Source: an uncultured candidate division WWE3 bacterium (GTDB lineage Bacteria; Patescibacteriota; WWE3; UBA101185; UBA10185). Taken from it: a stretch of 64,000 nucleotides of DNA. Below, one piece after another: positions 46,724-55,340 of this stretch. Under the pieces are notes generated by a model that was not told where the DNA came from, did not search any database, and saw only the letters and a program-made list of their open reading frames with translations. The translations under genes and the position numbers were made by a program. How positions within the stretch are numbered: position 1 is the stretch's first letter; each line of letters begins with the position of its first letter. Location of the stretch: positions 5,389 to 69,388 of the forward strand of contig CBFDCV010000001.1 of assembly GCA_965603395.1 (NCBI GenBank), written 5' to 3'.

Positions 46724-49142
46724 CGTGGTTTTCGATTCATTTTGGACTGTTCTCTATTTGATCATTCTCATTGGACTTCTTGCCGGCTTTTTCTTAATCA
46801 TTGCTGCGGCCAAAAGAAAAAGGTCTATTAAAACGCACGAGTTTGATCTCACTTTCTTACAAATTATGCTACCTAAAGATAATGAAACTGAGGTAGACGC
46901 AGCTGAACACCTTTTTTCAAACTTAGCAGGGCTTAAAAAATCTTTTTTTAAAAGGCTTTTCACTGGAGATTTCCGTCTATCCTTTGAAATCGTATCAAAA
47001 GTGGAGGGTATAGGTTTCTATGTAGTAGTGCCCGATGAGATAGCCGGCTTTGTGGAAAAACAGATAAATGGCGTTTACCCTGACGCAGAAATCGATGTAG
47101 TTAATCCCAATGAGGTATGGGATAGAGGTAATTTCACCAAAGTATCAGAGTTCAAATTCAAAGGATACCCATACTCACCATTAAAAACTCATGAAGATAT
47201 TAAAACTGACCCCCTCAACCTTATTACCTCGTCTATGAGCAAATTGGATAAGGATGAGGTACTGGCTGTGCAGTATATCATTACGCCGGCCGGCAGCTCT
47301 TGGCGCAAAGCAGGTCAAAAGTATGTGAACGCTATCAGGTCCAAAGTTCAAGATGCAGAAAAGAAATATCATGTGGATGAGAAATATTTGGAAAAAATCG
47401 AAAAAAAGATAGCTGCTCCAGGTTTTGATACTGCTATCAGAGTAGTATCCATATCAAAAAACGCGCAAACAGCCCAGGCACATATCAACAATGTTGTGTC
47501 TACTTTTGAGCAATTTGCAGATGTAAATCACAACAAATTAGTTTTGAGAAAGTCTTTATTAAGTGGTTTACTATCAAAAAAACTTGTCGACAATTTCATC
47601 TACCGGAAAATGAGCTTGCGAGAACTTACCATCCCTCTCTTGGATCTAACTTTTTATAAAAACATGCCTGTTTTAAATACTGAGGAGTTGGCTACCGTTT
47701 TTCACTTTCCTAATAAAGATGTGCAAACCCCAAAGATTATCCGACTCACTTCCAGAAAATCAGCGGCTCCTGCCAACCTACCTACTCAAAAAGATGGTAT
47801 TTGGATTGGTGAGAGTTCCTTCAGGGGTGTTAAGACTCCTGTTTACCTGAAAGAAGAAGATCGTACCCGTCACTTTTACATTTTGGGACAAACAGGTACC
47901 GGTAAATCCGAGCTCCTAAAGTACATGGCATTACAGGATATAAAAAATGGTGAGGGCGTTGCTCTCATAGACCCTCACGGTACTGACGTACAAGACCTTC
48001 TTACAAAAATACCACCGGAAAGGGTGGACGATACTATATACTTCAATGTTTCAGATACAGGGCGCCCCATGGGCTTAAATCTTTTGGAACACCACAATGA
48101 AGAAGAGCAACATATCATCATAAATTCTTTTATCGCTTTGTTATATAAACTGTACGATCCCAATAGGCAAGGCATTATGGGACCTCAGTTAGAGAGGGCT
48201 ATAAGAAACGTCATGCTCACCGCTATGGTAGACAAACACAGCACTATAGTAGATGTCTTAAGGCTATTAATAGATGCACCTTATTCTAAAAAGTTCGTGG
48301 CTAAAGTTACTGATCCCCTGGTTAAAAAGTACTGGACCGATGAAATGGCCAAAACTTCCGACTTCCATAAAAGTGAAAAGATGGGCTACTTTGTCTCAAA
48401 GTTCGATCGGTTTGTGACTGATAAATTAATGAGAAATATATTAGGGCAACCAAAGTCTTCCTTTAATTTAGCTGATGTCATGGCTCAAAAGAAAATACTG
48501 TTGGTGGATCTTGCCAAAGGTAAAATAGGTGAAGAAAATTCCAGCTTTTTGGGACTTATACTTGTCCCCAAAATCCTTGGAGCAGCATTAGCCAGACACC
48601 GCCTGCTAGAGCAGGGCCAACCCTTCCCTAACTTTTATTTATACGTAGATGAATTCCAAAATTTTGCCACTCCTGACTTTACCACTATTCTTTCCGAAGC
48701 TAGAAAATATAAATTGAACCTTACTGTGGCCCATCAGTTCATAGAACAACTTCCGGATGACATCAGGGAAGCTGTTTTTGGAAACGTAGGATCCCTTTGT
48801 ACCTTCAGAGTTGGCGCAAATGATGCCGAGTTTCTGGAACACTACTATGAGCCCGTTTTTACAAAACAAGACATAGGAAACCTGCCTATAGGAAACGCCT
48901 ACGTCAGGCTGTTGGTTGACGGCCACCCCACCCCTCCTTTCTCCATGAACGTGCCCTGGAAAACTATCGATACTGACGTACCCAAAAACCAAGAGGTAGC
49001 AAACAAGATCAAAGAACAATCAAGATTAAAATACGGTGTGCCGGTAAAAGAGGTTGAAGAATACATTAATCTTAGAGCCGGTTTCAATGAGTCTCCCCCA
49101 GAGATAAATAAGAAACCCGAGAAAAAGAAAATCCCTTTTTAA
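46698..49142 (+). CDS. VirB4/TraC/CagE-like (FtsK-HerA superfamily) transport ATPase with an N-terminal TM helix; VirD4-like coupling protein not excluded
   Basis: Walker A 'ILGQTGTGKSELL' at about residue 395 of 814, 'ALIDPHGTD', Walker B 'LYVDEFQNF', and 'ARKYKLNLTVAHQFIEQL' (the T4SS ATPase RK...Q..QL block). Confidence 0.5.
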   Translation: MKSTMETFDVVFDSFWTVLYLIILIGLLAGFFLIIAAAKRKRSIKTHEFDLTFLQIMLPKDNETEVDAAEHLFSNLAGLKKSFFKRLFTGDFRLSFEIVSKVEGIGFYVVVPDEIAGFVEKQINGVYPDAEIDVVNPNEVWDRGNFTKVSEFKFKGYPYSPLKTHEDIKTDPLNLITSSMSKLDKDEVLAVQYIITPAGSSWRKAGQKYVNAIRSKVQDAEKKYHVDEKYLEKIEKKIAAPGFDTAIRVVSISKNAQTAQAHINNVVSTFEQFADVNHNKLVLRKSLLSGLLSKKLVDNFIYRKMSLRELTIPLLDLTFYKNMPVLNTEELATVFHFPNKDVQTPKIIRLTSRKSAAPANLPTQKDGIWIGESSFRGVKTPVYLKEEDRTRHFYILGQTGTGKSELLKYMALQDIKNGEGVALIDPHGTDVQDLLTKIPPERVDDTIYFNVSDTGRPMGLNLLEHHNEEEQHIIINSFIALLYKLYDPNRQGIMGPQLERAIRNVMLTAMVDKHSTIVDVLRLLIDAPYSKKFVAKVTDPLVKKYWTDEMAKTSDFHKSEKMGYFVSKFDRFVTDKLMRNILGQPKSSFNLADVMAQKKILLVDLAKGKIGEENSSFLGLILVPKILGAALARHRLLEQGQPFPNFYLYVDEFQNFATPDFTTILSEARKYKLNLTVAHQFIEQLPDDIREAVFGNVGSLCTFRVGANDAEFLEHYYEPVFTKQDIGNLPIGNAYVRLLVDGHPTPPFSMNVPWKTIDTDVPKNQEVANKIKEQSRLKYGVPVKEVEEYINLRAGFNESPPEINKKPEKKKIPF

Positions 49143-49176
49143 CTGTAGTACAGGCCGCAAATTTAGTTATGTTTAA

Positions 49177-49184
49177 TGTATAAT
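49177..49184 (+). promoter_or_regulatory. Extended -10 element (TGTATAAT) 7 nt before the ATG of the FtsA-like gene. Implies a leaderless or very short-leader transcript.
   Basis: TGnTATAAT match. The ATG at 49192 has no room for an SD. Confidence 0.3.
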
Positions 49185-49191
49185 CGAGTTA

Positions 49192-50388
49192 ATGATCAAG
49201 CTGCCATTTTTTAAAAAAGCTACTAAAAAGACACCAAAATTTATCACTTTGGATATAGGTTCGAGCGGTATTAGGTGCTTAGCTTTCTATAAAGAGGATG
49301 GAAGCCTCAAAATTATAGGCAGAGGGAATGCCGCGCTTGATGCGGGTGCCGTTAGAAACGGCGTCATTATTGATTTTGGTCCGGTTGCCGCTGCGGCTCA
49401 AGAAGCCATTGATGTTGCCACTCAAAACGCAGAGGATGTCATCAAAAATACCATTATAGGCATTAGCAGCGATGTCTGCATAGAGAACGTAACTACAGCA
49501 AAAATAACCAGGGGTTCAACTAAGCCCATTACGCTTAAAGAGGTTGAAAACTTTAACCAGAAAATTGCTGATTCCGCCACCATACAAGTACAAGATTACT
49601 ACTCCCAATTCAAAGGTGACCCGGACACCGAACTACAAATGATCACATCATCCGTAGTTTATACCAAGCTTGATGATAACAAGGTTGACACATTAGAAAA
49701 ACAAGACGGGCAATCGGTCGAAATGGCACTATATACAGCTTTTTGTCCTGTACACCATATCGAAACCGTTCAAAAACTCGGTAAAAAGTTAAAAATTAAT
49801 ATACTAGCTATAAGCCCGGTCAACTTTGCCGTGCTAAAAACGTTGAAACAAACCGAACTGGAAAGCAGTGATCTAGTTTTGATACAGGTAGGATCCGATT
49901 TTACTAATGTGGGAGTTGTCTTTGGCGGAGCCATTATTAAAAATAAAAGCCTCCATATTGGTCATAAGCATTTTACCGATGAGATCAGCCGTATCATGGG
50001 GCTGACCCAAATCGAAGCTACAAAAGTATTGCAGACTCACTCACGCGGGGCACTAAGTCCAAGTGAAAGTGTGGTGGTACAAAGCTGTTTGGAAGATGTA
50101 TTAAACCTCTGGCTTGAGGGGGTAGAGCTTCTTTTTACTGATTTTGCAGGTGTAAAGACATTTGCCCCTCACGTGTTTCTCTTCGGTGAGGGCGTACAAC
50201 TACAGGAAATCGAAGAAATGCTAGCAAAAGAGCCCTGGATGAAAAATATTCCCTTTAAGTCTCCTCCCAAAATCCAGGTCTTATCATTGGTAGATATGAA
50301 AAAGGTTGCAGACGCTACCGGCTCGGTGATTTCACAAGAATGGGTTCCTCCAGCGGCACTATCTTATATTTATGAGGAAGTAGCATGA
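49192..50388 (+). CDS. Actin-fold ATPase, FtsA-like (PilM-like not excluded)
   Basis: 'LDIGSSGIRCLAF...DGSLKIIGRGN...GAVRNGVIIDFGPVAAAAQEAIDVA' and 'LIQVGSDFTNVGVVFGGAII...LHIGHKHFTDEIS' (FtsA 1A/2A phosphate motifs). Confidence 0.55.
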   Translation: MIKLPFFKKATKKTPKFITLDIGSSGIRCLAFYKEDGSLKIIGRGNAALDAGAVRNGVIIDFGPVAAAAQEAIDVATQNAEDVIKNTIIGISSDVCIENVTTAKITRGSTKPITLKEVENFNQKIADSATIQVQDYYSQFKGDPDTELQMITSSVVYTKLDDNKVDTLEKQDGQSVEMALYTAFCPVHHIETVQKLGKKLKINILAISPVNFAVLKTLKQTELESSDLVLIQVGSDFTNVGVVFGGAIIKNKSLHIGHKHFTDEISRIMGLTQIEATKVLQTHSRGALSPSESVVVQSCLEDVLNLWLEGVELLFTDFAGVKTFAPHVFLFGEGVQLQEIEEMLAKEPWMKNIPFKSPPKIQVLSLVDMKKVADATGSVISQEWVPPAALSYIYEEVA

Positions 50389-51923
50389 CAAAACTAGAAG
50401 TGGAACTACATGAGGACGTTGTAAGCGTTCTACATAAACTAAAGGACATAAACGACACAGGTATTGAGCTTATCGTACCTGAAGGAGCGGTGCTTTTTGA
50501 CAACGTACTAAATCTCAAGCTTTTACAAAAATGGTCCGATAAAGAGGAGAAGGTTATCAACTTCCAAACCGATGATCTCAACGGCCAGAGCATGCTTATG
50601 TCGTTGGAAGATGAGGGAGTTCCGTCAGAAGAAATAATGGAAGAGGACATTAGTGCTATTGAACAAGAGGTTCCCACTCAAAAGTTTTCCATGCCTAAAG
50701 TTAAGTTAGCGCTCCCCGTTATCAAACTTAAAAAGGGTAGGGTCTTTTTTGTTTTGTTTTTGGTGTTAGCTTTTTTGGGTCTGTCCGGATTTTTTGGTTA
50801 TAAAAAAGTGGCTCAGATGCCAAAAGCCCAAGTTAAAATCATCGTTAATTCCCAACCTCTCACCCGAAGTTTTGAAATTAAAGTAAAACATAATAATGAT
50901 ACGGATGCGGAAAATAAAATTCTCAGAGGTACTACAGTAGAATCCAGCTTGGAAGACGAAGTGATCATAGAAACAACCGGAGAAAAGATAGTCGGAGAAA
51001 AAGCTGAAGGAGAAATAACCATTTTCAATAAAACAGATGAAGAAAAAAAGTTTAAAGAAGATACTGAGGTCATTTACGAAGATGATGACGATGACGAATA
51101 TGTTTACGAGCTCAAAGAAGATGTTACTGTTCCTCCCAGAGAGGAAGCATCCGACTCAACGCCCGCCGAACCCAAATACATTAGCGGAAACGCCGACGTA
51201 GAGGTTGAAGCCCAAGAAATTGGGAAAGACTACAACTTAGATGAGGGAGAAAATCTTAAAATCGAAGATCAAGATGATTCCGATTATGAAGCTGAGGTTA
51301 ATGAGGACATCGATGGTGGTAAGGAGGAAACCATCATGGTTGTGGCTCAAGAAGACATTGACGATGCTACACAAAGACTTCTTGAAAATTCCCGGGAAAA
51401 AGCCCTAAGAGCGTTGGGTGAAAAGATTAGCGGAGAACAAAAGCTAGTGGGCGGTTCTGAAAATGTAGCAATAGTAAAAGAAACATTTAGCCATGAGTTG
51501 GAAGATGAAACCGAGGAGTTAGCTCTTTCTCAAACTTTTTCTGCCAAAGGTCTTGTTTACAACCCGGATGATCTGGACAAACTTATTGAACTTCTCATGG
51601 AAGAATTCGTACCTGAAGGATTTGTTTTGTCCACCAAAGAAAGGATTGTTAATGTTGAGGTTCTAGGAAATACAGAAACCACCTTACTCTCATCCTCCGA
51701 GGCCGACCTGCAAGTTACGCTCAAAACATACGTGATAACTGATATTTCCGAAGAAACTATTAAGCAGGCTCTTATGGGAAAAAGCCCGGGAGACGCTGAA
51801 AAATATCTTGGGAGCATTAGAAACGTAAAAACGTACGAGCTGAACATAAACCCTCGCATACCGTTGTTTGATTACATTCCAAAAGACGAGTCGCGTATAG
51901 TTATCAATCTGGAAAGAGAATAG
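50385..51923 (+). CDS. Bitopic membrane protein: ~110-aa cytoplasmic N-domain, one TM, large highly acidic extracytoplasmic domain
   Basis: TM at about 'VFFVLFLVLAFLGLSGFFGY', D/E-rich runs including 'YEDDDDDEY', and a 4-nt overlap with the FtsA-like gene. No recognisable domain. Confidence 0.4.
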   Translation: MTKLEVELHEDVVSVLHKLKDINDTGIELIVPEGAVLFDNVLNLKLLQKWSDKEEKVINFQTDDLNGQSMLMSLEDEGVPSEEIMEEDISAIEQEVPTQKFSMPKVKLALPVIKLKKGRVFFVLFLVLAFLGLSGFFGYKKVAQMPKAQVKIIVNSQPLTRSFEIKVKHNNDTDAENKILRGTTVESSLEDEVIIETTGEKIVGEKAEGEITIFNKTDEEKKFKEDTEVIYEDDDDDEYVYELKEDVTVPPREEASDSTPAEPKYISGNADVEVEAQEIGKDYNLDEGENLKIEDQDDSDYEAEVNEDIDGGKEETIMVVAQEDIDDATQRLLENSREKALRALGEKISGEQKLVGGSENVAIVKETFSHELEDETEELALSQTFSAKGLVYNPDDLDKLIELLMEEFVPEGFVLSTKERIVNVEVLGNTETTLLSSSEADLQVTLKTYVITDISEETIKQALMGKSPGDAEKYLGSIRNVKTYELNINPRIPLFDYIPKDESRIVINLERE

Positions 51924-51925
51924 AC

Positions 51926-52357
51926 ATGGCAAAGAAAAAGGGTAAAGATCCTCTAGATGAAAAGTTGTTAGGTATAGACTACGGCTCTACAAATATAGGT
52001 CTGGCTTTTGGTATTAATGATCTAGTTTCCCCACTTAAAGTGATTTCCGGTAGGAATCAGCAACAAGCTCTTTCGGAAATTGCCAGGTATATTATCGAAA
52101 ATAAAGTAGACAGAGTTGTGTTAGGGCTTCCCCTTAACCCTGAAGGTAAGGAGTCCGCACAATCTAAAGAGGTCAGAAAGTTCGGTAAACTTTTAAGAAT
52201 TAAAACTAAAAAGCCGGTTAAATATGTCAACGAGTACCGCACTACCGAAGAAAGCATAACCGAAGCAGTTAATTTAGGTATTTCTAAAAAAAGACGGCAA
52301 AAGATTGACCATCTATCAGCCGCACTAATAATCAAGGAGTATTACTCAAAGCTTTAA
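51926..52357 (+). CDS. ruvX: Putative pre-16S rRNA nuclease / Holliday-junction resolvase-like YqgF (RuvX)
   Basis: 'LLGIDYGSTNIGLAFG' RNase H-like N-terminus, 143 aa. Confidence 0.75.
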   Translation: MAKKKGKDPLDEKLLGIDYGSTNIGLAFGINDLVSPLKVISGRNQQQALSEIARYIIENKVDRVVLGLPLNPEGKESAQSKEVRKFGKLLRIKTKKPVKYVNEYRTTEESITEAVNLGISKKRRQKIDHLSAALIIKEYYSKL

Positions 52358-52361
52358 CTTT

Positions 52362-52592
52362 TTATTTCTTTTTCTTCTCTTTTTTTATCCTCATTTCCAC
52401 TTCTTTTGACTCACAAATGGAACACTCAAAGTTTTGTCCCGGTTTCAGACAGGAAGGGCATATATAAATACCGTCCATAAAGATAAGCTTCTCCTGTTTA
52501 CAGGTGTTGCATAAAAATAAAACGTCATCACGTTTGATGTCACCATCGTTGGGACAATTAAATTTTATGTTTTCCTCTTTTATATCTTTCAT
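52362..52592 (-). CDS. Small double zinc-ribbon protein
   Basis: Four CxxC pairs (CPND, CNTC, CPSC, CSIC) and a Lys-rich tail in 76 aa. Confidence 0.4.
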   Translation of the reverse strand: MKDIKEENIKFNCPNDGDIKRDDVLFLCNTCKQEKLIFMDGIYICPSCLKPGQNFECSICESKEVEMRIKKEKKKK

Positions 52593-52802
52593 TAGAATAT
52601 GCTAGCATATATCCATGGAGATATTAATTGTCTTTTTATACGTGTACCTAAGCCTTGGAACCATATATGGTCTGTACCTGCTTTTTAACGGTTCCAGCAG
52701 TATTTGGCAACTTCCCATAAACATACTAGGAGGACCTGTTGTAGCCCTTTACGTTATTATTAAGACCAGAAAGGACGGTCCTCTCAGGAAAAGATAGCTT
52801 GT

Positions 52803-53534
52803 ATGTATAAGAAGGTATTCCAAAACAAAAAAGCTGCTCTTTTTGACCTCGACGGCACGATCATTGATTCTCTACCTTACTGGAGAACTGCCCTAAGGCT
52901 TGTGCTTGAAGATGCCAGCGACGGTACGGCCTCTTTGCACGGTGTGGATAGTGGTTCTTATCTAGGAGAAATTTGGAAGAGCACCATAAAAAAAGGCGGT
53001 TTGAAGACTGAATTGTCTGTTGAAGAGTTAGTTAAAAAATCTCAACAAGAATATTTATACCTCTTTAACGAAAATCCTTTAGAACCAAGAGATGGTTTTT
53101 GGGTGTTTATCGATGCATTAAAAAATGATAAAAATTGGGTACTTGCGTTAATTTCAAATTCCGATAACTCAGTCGTAGAGCCTGTTTTAAAAAGCCTCAA
53201 CATTAATGAGGGTGTCTTTGATGCAATCATCACCGGCGATAAGGTAAAACACCGCAAACCCTCCCCTGATATTTACAACAAGGTCCTCAAAGAATTAAAG
53301 CTTAAAAGTAAAGATGCTCTTGCTTTTGAGGATTCTTTGTCAGGAGCACGTGCGTCCGGTAAGGCGGGTATCGATACTGTTGTAATTCTGAATGGAGAAA
53401 CTCCTGAGCCAGAGTATCCTGATAATGTTCTACTTTTCCTATCCGATTTTAGTACTTTACCAGGAAACCTTGATGTCACTTACTTGGAAGCTTCCAAAAA
53501 ACGCTTAGATTACATGCAATCAGAATTAGCATAA
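52803..53534 (+). CDS. HAD-superfamily hydrolase, subfamily IA (beta-phosphoglucomutase-like)
   Basis: Motif I 'FDLDGTIIDS', motif II 'ISNS', motif III K in 'HRKPSPD', motif IV 'FEDSLSGARAS'. Confidence 0.75.
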   Translation: MYKKVFQNKKAALFDLDGTIIDSLPYWRTALRLVLEDASDGTASLHGVDSGSYLGEIWKSTIKKGGLKTELSVEELVKKSQQEYLYLFNENPLEPRDGFWVFIDALKNDKNWVLALISNSDNSVVEPVLKSLNINEGVFDAIITGDKVKHRKPSPDIYNKVLKELKLKSKDALAFEDSLSGARASGKAGIDTVVILNGETPEPEYPDNVLLFLSDFSTLPGNLDVTYLEASKKRLDYMQSELA

Positions 53535-53552
53535 ACACCATTGCTTTATCAT

Positions 53553-53561
53553 TGTGGATAA
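53553..53561 (-). promoter_or_regulatory. Perfect DnaA box (TTATCCACA) upstream of dnaA
   Basis: Plus strand TGTGGATAA is the reverse complement of the consensus DnaA box. Confidence 0.5.
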
Positions 53562-53623
53562 CTTATGTTAAATTACTTCTGCCTCGTACTAAACCTGTCT
53601 TATTTCTGCCTTCATTTTTTAGC

Positions 53624-55015
53624 ATGAATAAAAGAAAAAAAGCTGTCAAATCACAAGAGGATACTAATCAGTTTTGGAAGAAGGTTCTAGGAATTCTACA
53701 AACTGAGTTAAACCCATCCATTTTTAATACATGGGTAACGGGCGTCACGCCTGAAAACCTCACCGACACCTCAATAGAACTAGTGGTTCCTATGGATTAC
53801 AGTGCAAAACAGCTACAAAAATATACTTCTCTTATTCAAGATTCCATAGAACGGGTGGGAGGAGGGCCGTACAAAATACAATTTGTAGTAAAAAAAACAA
53901 CTGAAAAAATTGAGGTTGATGACCTAGGACCTTTGTTCGAACCGAAAAAGGAAACTAAAATTAGTAAGGCGGTTATCACCAAGGCAGGACTCAATCCCAA
54001 ATTCACATTCGAAAATTTCATCATGGGAAACAGTAATCAACTGGCGTACGCCATAGCTCAATCTGTGGCAGAGAACCCGGGAAAAAGCTATAATCCCTTC
54101 TTTTTGTATTCCGGTGTGGGTATGGGAAAAACTCACCTCATGCAAGCTATAGGAAATAGAATATTACAAAATGATCCGAAAACAACTGCGGTATATACAA
54201 CCGGCGAGAGTTTCATGAACGAGCTCATTGAATCTATACAAAGTGGCAAGGGAAGAGGACGTTACACATCAAACGAATTTAGAAATAAGTTTAGAAAAAC
54301 AGATGTTTTATTGATCGATGATATCCAAGAAATTGTGGGAAAAGAAGCCACACAAGCTGAGTTCTTTCATACTTTTAATAGCCTATACATGGCCGGTAAA
54401 CAGATTGTTCTTACGTCCGATAGACCCCCCAAAGATTTTACTAATTTAGAAAAACGCATAACGTCAAGATTTGGGAGCGGCATCATCGCTGATATACAAC
54501 ACCCTGAAACAGATTTGAGAGTGGCCATACTAAGAACCAAAAGAGACCAAAATGATGACGATATCTCTAACGAAGTGGTAGACTACATCGCTGAAAAAGT
54601 AACTTCTAATATTAGGGAACTTGAAGGAGCTTATTTACAGGTGCTGACTACCGCCAAGGCAAAGGGCAAGAACCCCACACCTGAGTTAGCAGAAGGAGTA
54701 TTGGGAAAAACCGTTACTCTAAAAAGAAAGAAATCTCTAACCTTAAGTCAGATACTAAGCACTGTTTGCAAATACTACTCACTAAAAACTACTGATCTTA
54801 AAGGAAAAAGAAGAACCAAGAACATTGTTATTCCCAGACAGGTAGCCATGTATTTGATGAGGGAGCTTACCGAAGAGCCTCTTATGAATATTGGAAAGTT
54901 TTTGGGTGGTAGAGACCACACCACCATCATGCATGGCATCGATAAGATCCGAGCCGAGATTAAGGACATGGGTAGGATCAGACAGGATGTTAACAATGTT
55001 AAAGAGATGCTTTAG
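53624..55015 (+). CDS. dnaA: Chromosomal replication initiator DnaA
   Basis: AAA+ 'FLYSGVGMGKTHLMQAIGN', 'LLIDDIQ', and domain IV 'IPRQVAMYLMRELT...IGKFLGGRDHTTIMHGIDKI'. Start taken at 'MNKRKK'. Confidence 0.92.
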   Translation: MNKRKKAVKSQEDTNQFWKKVLGILQTELNPSIFNTWVTGVTPENLTDTSIELVVPMDYSAKQLQKYTSLIQDSIERVGGGPYKIQFVVKKTTEKIEVDDLGPLFEPKKETKISKAVITKAGLNPKFTFENFIMGNSNQLAYAIAQSVAENPGKSYNPFFLYSGVGMGKTHLMQAIGNRILQNDPKTTAVYTTGESFMNELIESIQSGKGRGRYTSNEFRNKFRKTDVLLIDDIQEIVGKEATQAEFFHTFNSLYMAGKQIVLTSDRPPKDFTNLEKRITSRFGSGIIADIQHPETDLRVAILRTKRDQNDDDISNEVVDYIAEKVTSNIRELEGAYLQVLTTAKAKGKNPTPELAEGVLGKTVTLKRKKSLTLSQILSTVCKYYSLKTTDLKGKRRTKNIVIPRQVAMYLMRELTEEPLMNIGKFLGGRDHTTIMHGIDKIRAEIKDMGRIRQDVNNVKEML

Positions 55016-55039
55016 TTCATAAAAGATCGGCCTGGGGAA

Positions 55040-55340
55040 AGCTTGTGGATACCTATGGATAAGATAGTGTAGCTCTATAAGGTATGTGGAAAAACCCAAG
55101 TCTTATACACAAAACTATGCACAACAAACCGGTAATTATGCACAAGCTAGGCGTTGATGGTTCTTACAAAAAACGATTACGTTCTTGGGCAAAGCTTAAT
55201 GGAGCAAGTCAGAACTCGTTATCAACATGTAAAAAGTTGGGATAATCTACCAATAAAGCAAATGGAAGCACCGTACACAAATCCACAGCCCCTACTACCT
55301 CTACTACTTATTTTATATATACTAACTATTAGAGTTATTG
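55040..55340. promoter_or_regulatory. Candidate oriC: cluster of DnaA-box-like 9-mers plus an AT-rich DUE-like tract downstream of dnaA
   Basis: TGTGGATAC 55044, TATGGATAA 55054, TGTGGAAAA 55085, TTATACACA 55103, CTATGCACA 55115, TTATGCACA 55136, AAATCCACA 55279, then 'TTATTTTATATATACTAACTATT' at about 55308-55330. Confidence 0.5.
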
